Position numbers and translations under genes: made by a program. A model generated the notes under the pieces. The model did not search any database. It saw nothing but the letters and a program-made list of their open reading frames with translations, and had not been told where the DNA came from. DNA of 32,612 nucleotides, taken from contig JAUCBJ010000960.1 in the NCBI GenBank assembly GCA_032718475.1, positions 1 through 32,612 of the forward strand, in the 5' to 3' direction. The DNA comes from Nemertoderma westbladi. Its lineage: Eukaryota; Animalia; Xenacoelomorpha. Shown here piece by piece: positions 23,013 to 32,612 of the stretch; the first letter of the stretch is position 1; each line of letters begins with the position of its first letter.

Positions 23013-23479
23013 GAACCTGGACGGGCCCCGCCTGGAGTCCTGCTCAAAGTCTATCATCGGTTCTTCTCTCCATCCAGTCGCTAATGAACGACAAACCGTA
23101 CCACAACGAACCCGGATTCGAGACGGAACGCCACGGCGGGGACGCGCAGCGCTACAACGAGTGTATCCGGCACGAGACGATCCGAGTGGCTGTCTGCGAC
23201 CAACTCGAGGGCGACAACCGCTGCCCCAAGGCCCTTGTCGACGTCATGCACAAAAGCTTTCCGGACTTTTACGACAGTTACGTGAGCACGGTGAAGGAGA
23301 AACAGAACTTAACTGGGCAGGTGATGTTCGACCCGTTCGGGGAGCGGCGCGGTAAGTTTGATTACGGAATGTTGCAGATGAGATTAACTGCAATCCGAGA
23401 GAAACTCGGGGAGTTCTCGACGCTAACTCCTAACGAGCAATCAGAGGAGAGCGATATGGATATAGGTGCTGATTCATAA
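23013..23479 (+). CDS. UBE2Z: Ubiquitin-conjugating enzyme E2 Z (USE1), coding exon 2
   Basis: Acceptor CACTTTTAG|GA restores Gly in phase, then TWTGPAWSPAQSLSSVLLSIQSLM...PYHNEPGFE.ERH.GD...YNECIRHETIRVAVCD...DPFGERRGKFDY; stop TAA. Joined CDS is 1020 nt, 339 aa. Confidence 0.96.
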
Positions 23480-24686
23480 ATGTTTTATATCAATGGATTT
23501 CCTCGTTTTTTATTGAGATAAGTGAACTTTTGGGAGTTTGGGGGGGGGGGGGATTCAAACCGTATATTAAATAGCAATAATATTTAAAGGTATTATTAAT
23601 TAATAACTTTCCCCTGTCTTGGCTGGACCATTACAATAATACCTAACCATGAATATATCCGATACAGTATCCCCCCCCCCACCCTTATTGCGACCACCAA
23701 CAAAATATAATTACTCATTCTGCAACTTTTACTATGAAACTATTTTTATACACATTAAATAATTTTAACGTTGAAAATAACAATAAATTAGCAGCTCAAT
23801 ACGGAGGTTATTATTGATGTGATGACAGCCAAGTTATGAGTTGGAATGCGAGAGATTTACATCCGCACAATTTGGTAAGGAATTATTTATATTCTAGAAC
23901 ATCGTATTTATTTACGTCGCTGCACTTGTAGTTCCACTGCTGTTTCTGCTGCCACTTCGTACCATTATAACATTTACCTTCGGTTATTGGTACTTTATTA
24001 CTACTACTTAATTACTTTTGTTACTCTTACCGGAGTTTTTTTTCATCTTCGTGACTTTTTTGTTTTTTAGCTTATAAATTAAAAGTATTTTGGAAAAAGT
24101 GGGGCGGTGGTAAAAAGTGAATTCTTTTTCTTTTCTTTAGCAACAGCCGCGATTTTCTCTCAAATTTGATGCTCAACAATCTTTGAGCATCGACTATCGA
24201 TTGACTGGCTTTCCATGGCAACGGAAATTTGCCTAATAATTGTTTAATCTGTTTTATTGTCATTTGACTGGTACAATATGGAAAGTTTATTCACACAACT
24301 TCTCTATATTAAACCCGGGCACGGGCATGTTATTGTTATTTTATACTAAAACTAATAAATAAATTTCACCTAAAATCAGCCATCCCAATTAGATTAGGTG
24401 AAAAACCTTCGAACATTTAGTGGACCGGACATTATTAACTTTCCCAGCACTCAAATTGTATAATTTTTTTACATCAGTTAGTTTAATATCTCTGGTAATT
24501 TTTGATATATTTAATTTTCAAATCAATGCGACTTATAATATACAGTTACAGAGATCAATTAATGTGCGACCCACAATAATTAATATATTTTATTTTTAAG
24601 TCAGCGTGAAATACGCCGTGAAATACACTAAACTCAATGGTCGGCTTTTGGGTGCTTTATATCTCGGCGTGAAATATAGTGACATT

Positions 24687-25150
24687 TAGGGATGATGCGA
24701 ATGTCATATATTTAACATTCGGATTCTATTAAAACATACATATTTGTCTCTGGCCTCCCTTCTACATAAAGATTACAACAGCATTTTAATATTCTAATCT
24801 TCTATTAATATTCATTCCCAATGATCTAACAAACATAATTATTGCTACCAGCGCTTATCCTTAGGCCTAATACACCACGACGTAAATGCATTTATTTCGG
24901 CGAAGCTGCTATATCTAGGAACATATAATTTTTATTATTTTATATTTTGATAATTTTGAAGATAAAAAGCAAAAAAGTTTAAGATAAAAAAGTAATTATT
25001 ATTGAAATTTGTTTAAAGGAGTGGTATTTGTTGGATATGCGCTGACAGGATGCTTAGATAGTGCAAGTCACATCCGCATGTTAAGGGTGCGGATGCGGAT
25101 GCCAAAAATCTTGCGGATATCCGCGGATGCGGACATTCGCCACATCCCTA
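24687..25150. mobile_element. hAT-like MITE
   Basis: TAGGGATGATGCGAATGTC / GACATTCGCCACATCCCTA; flanks GTGACATT and GTAACATT (7 of 8 match); GCGGAT subterminal repeats. Confidence 0.85.
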
Positions 25151-27343
25151 GTAACATTATTATATTCTTCCCGTATTTTACAGCCATGCTGAGATAGCCC
25201 TAACTTAACAGTAAGTCATTTATCAGAGATGCAGACAACACAAGATACATGACGTTGTTTATCAGCTAACACGCCAAAAACAAGCTATAGATAGTTAAAA
25301 TCAAATTAAGTAGAAAAGGTACTCCGTAGAAAAGTACCTAGTGAGTAAGTACCAGTACCAGTAGTACCAGTACCTAGAATAAGTACCAGTAATAATAAGA
25401 GTCAGTGAGAGTGTACGCCACGGCGTACTAAACAAGTTAGTGAATACCTTGGCGAATGCATGTTTCATGTTTCAATAAAGTTGTAGAATGAGTAATTACT
25501 ATTATTATAACCAGAGTCTACCATCTTCTGGAATATTATAATGTTGTAATTCAGTGACATTATATGAAAGTGACAATTGTGTGGAATTCCATGAAATTGA
25601 AAACCGCGATCGTTTCACGGTTTCACCTCCCTCCTCGTATGTGGGTGAAGCGGAATTGTTATTTTCGCTTTATTCTTTAGCTACAAGCGTTTGAAGAAGG
25701 TATCACAGTCGACTTTGCTCTAGTTCAAGGCGTTCTGGAACTTAAAATAGTTCAAGAACGCCTTACACTTGTTACACCGCAGTTATTGTTTTCAACCTCA
25801 TAGTGATTTATTGGCACTGATGGAAAGCTATAGCCGTGCCGGGATTCCAAATATGTAACAATATCCGACTTTTAATGGGAAATTGTTGATTATAATAAAT
25901 AATTTCCCAATAAAATTGGAAACGGCCATATATGGCCATAATATAGCCGTTCGATATAGATTGGTTCACCTGAACCATTTTATTATATTTATTTATTGTG
26001 TTCATTATTTAATAAATACACCATATTCTGGAACATCTTGTTTATGGTTGAATAGCTACGTAATATTATGATTATAGATGACAAGTATTGCACTGTTGGC
26101 CAGCTTCGGGATGGGAGTCCGGAAAATATTCGGAAATTTCCGCTTTTACGTATAATTTTTAGTTTTATCTGCTAATTTTCATGAAAAAAAACGTACCATT
26201 CTGTCAGTTAACAAACACAATAGTGGGTAACCTCTCGTACCGGCACTGAAATACCTACGGTACTTTATATAAACAAGCGTTTCCTTCTTAGTGGCCCAAC
26301 ATGGATGCCTTCGTTATGGCAAGTATAACTTACTTTTCCAAAAAATTTTCGGAAAATTCCTTATGAAAACATTTCCGGAAACCCACATCCTTTGCGCAGA
26401 ACATTTTTTTAAATATAATGTTCTAGAATATTGTGTATTTATTAAAATGAATAAGTGTCCTCCAACGAACGATAATATTTCAAACTCTGAACGCGTATAT
26501 CTCAACTGTTTCTCAATTAAATTCAGACAATGTTTATTTTTTACGCCTATCTTTGCAACGCAAGCCTGGAATGATATAAAAAAGTCACGACTAATGTGAA
26601 GAATGGCTACGACGATGCAGAGGGTGCGATTTAGCAAAAGACACATTTTAAAATTCTCAAAAAATAGAATACCGAATGTGCGTTGAAGATGATGTGTTTA
26701 AAATGTCAAGCAATATGAGAAAGATTTGTTAGAAAAATGTGGGGGGTGGGGTACCGGTCATCATAATACTGTATTACATTATAATTGTCATGTATTACTA
26801 TTAGTATTGATTGTGCTTTCCAGAAGATGATGTATGTTTATGGTATCGAGTCCTTTCCACTTATCGAATACTTGGAACTAACCGTTTTTTGGACTTGTCC
26901 AATTATTGTTGATGCATAATTTAAGGTTTTTCTCTTGAACCTAATATAATAATACATTTATATGATCTCTTGTAAATCATAATTTTATTCGTTGTGTTCT
27001 ACAAGATTTGTTTGCGAAAACTATCTTTACTACTTTATTATAGTATAAATACGCGAAAGGTCGTATCTCATAGCTGTTTATCATCGAAATTCAGATATTG
27101 TTACCTATGTGGATTCTTTGTAACTGAAAATATAAAAATATAACACGATATAAACTCTTTCAATTTTTATGACAAATCACGCCATTCCCTTTGTTCATTA
27201 AATAGCGCTATATATTCTATAATAATACCGTATATAATAATATATTCTATATCGTTACGAAACGATTCATGTTATTTTCCGAGCGACAGATAGGTTCAGT
27301 GTACTACCAAAACGAGTGTGGTAAATTTGTAAAAATATATGTT

Positions 27344-28359
27344 AATAGGGTTGGTGCTCGAAAAAATTGTTGGGCTAGAAACAATCGAATAAGGAGTAAC
27401 CTGAATCGTGTGGCGGGTGTGTTTTTTTAAAAACACGAGGAAACGGTCGAAATGGCGGGTTTAAGTAAGCGCGGGAAGCCAATTTTGAAAATCGGCTGTG
27501 ATTGGCTGCTACATATTTGACGTCACTACGAAGTGCTCTGATAATTTCTTAGATAGTTTTCTATGGAGGTTGATTTTAGATCCATTAAAATACACATTTA
27601 ATCTCAACAATTTCACATGTGGCTTATATCAATTTATTGAAAGCAGGAGTCTTGCGCGTCTTTTGGGTTTTACACTACAATTAAATTAAATTCATGGTGA
27701 TTAACATTGATTAAATGGATCAATTCACAATTATAAACTCGCAGATTGCCTGACCGGTATGCAAACACTCAAACACTCAGTCCTATCCACCTATTGCATT
27801 GCAGTATCGGAGTATTGCAGCTGCGGGTTAAGTTCATTAAGTTGAAAGGTGTAAGAGCGGTACAGCGGTAGGTTTACTCAAGTTAATGAACTTAAGCTGC
27901 AATACTCCGCCGATACTGCAATGCAATAGGTGGATAGGGGAGGGCTCAGTGGTTCAGTACTACTTGCATACCGGTCAGGCAATCTGCGTGTTTATAATTA
28001 TTGTGAATTGATTCTTTTAATCAATGTTCATCACCATGTATTTAATTAATTGTAGTGTCAAAAGAAGCGCAACATTCTCCGCTTTCAATAGATATAAGCC
28101 ACGCGTGAAATGATTTAGATTAAATGTGTATGTAAGTAAATGGATCTAAAATCACCCTCCATAGGAAACAGCATATGAAATTATCAGAGCACTTCGTAGT
28201 GACGTCAAATCTGTCTCTTAAACTTACTTAAACTTACTTAAACCCGCCATTTCGACCGTTTCCTCGTGTTTTTACAAAAATCATACCCCGTCCGCCACTC
28301 GATTCAGGGCACCGTGTTACCCCTTATTCAATTGGTTATTGTCGCGCACCAACCCTATT
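27344..28359. mobile_element. ~1-kb palindromic foldback element
   Basis: Arms 27344-27840 and 27883-28359 are inverted copies (AATAGGGTTGGTGC...AAGTTCATTAA / TTAATGAACTT...GCACCAACCCTATT) around a 42-bp loop. Confidence 0.92.
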
Positions 28360-28360
28360 G

Positions 28361-28414
28361 TGAACAATCAATGGTGGTAATTAATGAACAATGGTGGTAA
28401 TTAGTGAACAATGG
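28361..28414. repeat. 20-bp minisatellite AATGAACAATGGTGGTAATT, left part
   Basis: Two to three units before the RTE tail. Confidence 0.85.
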
Positions 28415-28420
28415 GGCTGG

Positions 28421-29362
28421 TACTACTACTACGATGGGCATACCGCATTGCAGCTGCATTATATATATTACATATATGTTGATAATGATGTGCCGGTTTG
28501 TCGACAAAATTGCGCCGCCACAACTCCCTATCAGTATCACCCATGACATTTTGTAGATCATCCGCATCTTCAATGCCAGTGTCCTTTAGGATGCGTCTCA
28601 AGAATGTCATGAGCTGTCCACCATGCTTAAACTCAATGAGGCCGCCAAAGCACAAGATTATGCAGTGGCTGGTTCTCGAGGCGAAAGCAATGTCCTGCAA
28701 AACGGGGGCATTCCGTTCAAGTGTCATGCTTGGGGAGACTAATGGAACACCTCCAATGTTGTATAGAGTCTGATTGGAGATGTGTGCATTGTACTTGACA
28801 CAATAAACCCGCGCAGCATTCTTGTGAAAGTGCCATCCAGAGATTTGGTGTCCTCAGCAGTTAGAGCCCAGCATGGACTCCCATATAAGATTACTGGCAC
28901 TACTGCTGCCATAAATAATCGAACCTTAAGGTTCCATTTTATTCTATGAGACTTCCAAATTATGGACAGACTATTCAATGTTGCCCATGCCTTCCCCCTA
29001 CGTATCAGAACGTCTTCACCTGACTTTCTGATCCATGATCCCAAGTAGCAGAAGTCATCCATCCAGGTGCTCAATCAAGCAAGCCATCCCTAGAGCTTAT
29101 GCCCTTACGCTCAGACATTTATTGAAGGCTGTCTAGGTTCACTGTCATGATTTTGGTCTTCTTGGAGTTTACAAAAAGACCAACACTAGAAGCAACCTGC
29201 TCCAATGAGCCGCGGAGCCTTTGGGCTCCCTCTAGTGATTCTGACAGTACCCCTACGTAATCGGCAAAGTCTAGATCAGTAAGGTATTTTGCTGGATTTA
29301 CTCTACTTCTTGTACCAGTGCCAGTAGGAGGTGTTATCATCACACCATCTTTATTAAGATGG
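28421..29362 (-). mobile_element. 5'-truncated RTE-clade LINE, copy 3, with (GTA)n tail
   Basis: LTDLDFADYV, GLFVNSKKTKIM, DDFCYLGSWI, IRRGKAW, VILYGSPCW, LDGTFTRMLR; tail seen as TACTACTACTAC at 28421-28432. Confidence 0.92.
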
Positions 29363-29560
29363 ACAATGAACAATGGTGGTAATTAATGAACAATGGTTGT
29401 GGTAATTAATGAACAATGGTTGTGGTAATTAATGAACAATGGTGGAAATTAATGAACAATGGTGGTAATTATTGAATAATGGTGGTCATTAATGAGCAAT
29501 GATGGTAATTAATTAACAATGGTGGTAATTTATTAACAATAATACCATTAACAATAATTA
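29363..29560. repeat. 20-bp minisatellite AATGAACAATGGTGGTAATT, right part
   Basis: About 8-9 degenerate tandem units. Confidence 0.92.
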
Positions 29561-30136
29561 CAATATATACTTCCAGATAGTTACTTTATTTCCAATGCCC
29601 CCAGTCATAGTTTGAAACTATATTAATAACTTTCTAGCATAATCCAGTTAAAATTCTACCTCCCCAGATATTAATTATTAGCTCATTTAGTTTTGTATTC
29701 GTCTGAGGTCATTTGATTATATATTTGGTATACCGCGTGGACATACATCGTAAACGTGTGTCGTCGGGACATTATTTTTTATTGTTTGCCACCCTGTGCC
29801 ATCCATTTGTCGTACGAAATTATTTCCACACTAATAAACATTTTATGTAGGCATCCACTTTATCCATTTTATGTATAACGTGTTAAAATATTAGGGGGGG
29901 GGGGGGGGGGGGGGTGGTCTCTATAACGCAAGATTAATTCATCCCTTTCCAGGAGTAATCGAATAACTGCAGATGAAGAGCAAAACAAAACTGTAACGTG
30001 TTCTATTGACTTTCGTTATTGTTGTGGATGGGAAGATCCCCACACCCGCCTCCCTGGTAAAGACATCGACCCTCCGAATAACATAATTATATTATTATTC
30101 GATATAGCCTCTGCCTGATTCCGAAATCATTAATTA

Positions 30137-30360
30137 CACGTTCGTGGGGCCTTCGCGCAGCACGAGGTCCAGTTATGAGATACAAATTAAAATTAAGCGA
30201 CTGTATCACAAAATCAGGTTTTGAGAAATTTACCCACACCACCAATCAATCAAAGAAAGGGGGACAGTACGTGTTCACCCCTTTTAATCCCCCCCCCCCC
30301 CCCCCACCCTTCTCAACCACCAATACATAACCGTGACATCTACCACCCACGGAAGGGTAG
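30137..30360 (+). repeat. Interspersed repeat, copy 2 (see 3969-4205)
   Basis: Direct sequence match, beginning CACGTTCGTGGGGCCTTCGCGCAGC. Confidence 0.9.
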
Positions 30361-32429
30361 AACGAACTTATTTCCAATCGCACGTTAAATATGCAAAGCC
30401 AGGTGGTGTATATGAATATAATCAACGCCGTACTCGTCTTAATTATTATAAGCGTCGTTCAATCGTTGCGCTCGTCCAGAGTAAGTCCCCCCCCCCCCCC
30501 CCCCCCCCCCTATCAGAAAGATTTACTCAACAAAAAATAGTGTAAATAAATAAACAACTACAAGGATAAGAGGTCATGTGTAGGAAAGCTAATCAGACGA
30601 TACCTTTACTAATATATTGAGCTGCATTGATCTATACATAGTAATGTTGGGTGATGGGGGGGGGGGGGGGGGGGGGGGTGAGGGGTAGGGGGTGTCTGGG
30701 TGGGTTGTTAGTATTAGGGTGCACAATATCGACGCACGCGCAGGAATGTGTTGATGTTTAATAGCACCGCATTCCCGCGTTAGAAAGCATCCCCAATTGG
30801 AATAAATAAATAAATTAAACGCGTTTCGTTATGTTCCTCGACTTATATTATTCTCTCCACGGACGAGTTATTAGCTGCTAGACAGGTAGACCTAGTCCCC
30901 CACAACAACGGTCATACCTTCAATCAATCAATCAATTGAGCTCATATGAGCTCGTATATTAGTTTTATTTATAAATTGAAATCTCACGAATTAATAGGCC
31001 TATTAGCTGATTAGTGAACTATCATATGTTAGACCATATATATATATTATATATTGGACCTTATCAAAATAGCGGTTGTACTGGGGCGGTATATGTTGTT
31101 CTCTAACCCACTGCAAGCGCATTTGAGGGGCCGGTATGTTTTAATAACTTCTGGTACAACGGGATGCAGTATTACAGCGCCAAGTAGATTTAATCTGATC
31201 AGAATATTCCGGACGCTAAGTTCATGTCATTCCCGATAAGTCGGGACTTTACAAAACTCGTGGATAAAACCGCGTGTAGCAGAGAGCAGATAAATTGGGT
31301 TGAATTGCAAAACAGAATAATATGGAACTGTAAGTGGAACTGCGGCGATTTGGGTTTTTTTGTTATGGTGAATAGTCAGCCTGTCCGCGATATGTTCAGC
31401 TGCCCTTTTTAATGGGTTGCAGGTACAAATGAAATACACATTGCAGTTACTAAAATAAAAGTGGCGCATATTATTGTACATTTACAACAACAATTATATA
31501 AATGCAATATGCCTGATCCCTATTAATGTACTTTGTACCGCCAATTCTGTAATTCAATAACGCAAAGCCGCGTTTACTGTACAGCAGCACGTAATATATT
31601 TGATACTTATTATACTAACTAAACTAACAAACCGCAAGGCCTACTTACCGAAATAAATTAACTTTCAGTTAAATACAATATACTTGTTTGCTCTGTAAAA
31701 ATTTTAATTAAAAACAATCCTGCCATTTAATATACCTAATTAGCATGGTTGCGTAAGCAGTATGAATTGGAATGAAATTGTGAAATAATTTATTTAAACT
31801 ATTATGTACATTTAGATTAAATAATAATACAGTAAGTTGGCCTACAGAAATAAACATTGATATTCGGAACAGTAAAACAATTATTTATTTCATTCATTCA
31901 ACTAACCAGAGAGACTCATAGCTCCAGTGAATATTAACATCCCGACGTTACTTTAGTAATAATATTAATGTCATTGAACCCGATACACACACACCTCCAA
32001 TCAGCCAGTTCAATGGAGAGTGAGTGAATGGATGGCTACTAGCAGCAGCAGCAGTCTGCCTCTTACAAGCAAGGCTGACTGAATACCTCAAGTGTTGCTG
32101 GGAATCAAGCCAACTTGGATGTTAACCAATAAATGAGCAGTATTTAATGAGAATACATTTTTTATGCCGGTTTAATTACTTTAGATCAATTAAAGACACG
32201 ATTATTAAAGCAAATCACTTGAACTAATTAAAAACTATAATAGAATGGAGTATGCGGATTACATCTGTATATTTTTTAAGTATAATTATTGAAGTCTTAT
32301 ACTGTAAAACAATTAATTTCCTTTAAAAGGCAGGTTGAAAATGGTGTTTTTACCGTAATCAACTTAATTAACTAATTAACTGCTATTATCTTAGCTTCTC
32401 GAAGGCCACACGGAAATTCTACTTGGAAA

Positions 32430-32612
32430 ATTTCTAAACTTTTGCCATACAACATGTGTACCAAGTTTGGATAGATTTCATCAAAGATTGGCCGAGTTAT
32501 TAACGTTTAAAATTGAACACGACAGAACGACAGAACGACAGAACGACAGAACGACAGGTTGATTAATGGTACCACTACGCTAAGGCTCACTCACTTCGTG
32601 GCTCGCCCCACA
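32430..32612 (-). mobile_element. DINE-1/Helentron-like element with (ACGACAGA)n microsatellite, running off the window
   Basis: ACCAAGTTTGG...CCGAGTTATTA...(ACGACAGA)x4-5...GCTAAGGCTCACTCACTTCGTGGCTCGCCCACA; same layout as 15790-15925. Confidence 0.6.

Noticed and set aside
23782-23787. AATAAA as the UBE2Z polyadenylation signal
   Set aside because: The motif is common in this AT-rich region and cannot be assigned without transcript data.
25151-25560. Possible solo LTR (AATAAAGTTG, AGTACC repeats)
   Set aside because: No clear TG...CA boundaries or TSD could be fixed.

Overview
AT-rich, repeat-dense genomic DNA from a eukaryote, most likely an invertebrate animal. The only clear host gene is a two-exon UBE2Z/USE1-type ubiquitin-conjugating enzyme (+; 17513-18065 and 23013-23479; 339 aa; one 4947-bp GT-AG intron). 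Nearly everything else is layered transposon debris. Retroelements: a near full-length decayed LINE (ORF1 plus APE-RT ORF2, RTE-X-like, about 7.3-12.5 kb), three 5'-truncated RTE-clade copies, and CR1, CRE-like and Gypsy (PPT plus LTR) remnants. DNA transposons: a Harbinger transposase fragment and many non-autonomous elements whose TIRs and target-site duplications can be read directly (MULE-like, hAT-like, Tc1/mariner-like, Harbinger-like, foldback palindromes, DINE/Helentron-like). There are also several minisatellites. I see no convincing new biological system. The best leads are the intron-poor UBE2Z, two TIR elements inserted 28 bp apart just upstream of it (one carrying a 1-kb TTG-rich satellite), and several reconstructable nested insertions. 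Family assignments come from motif recognition, not database searches.
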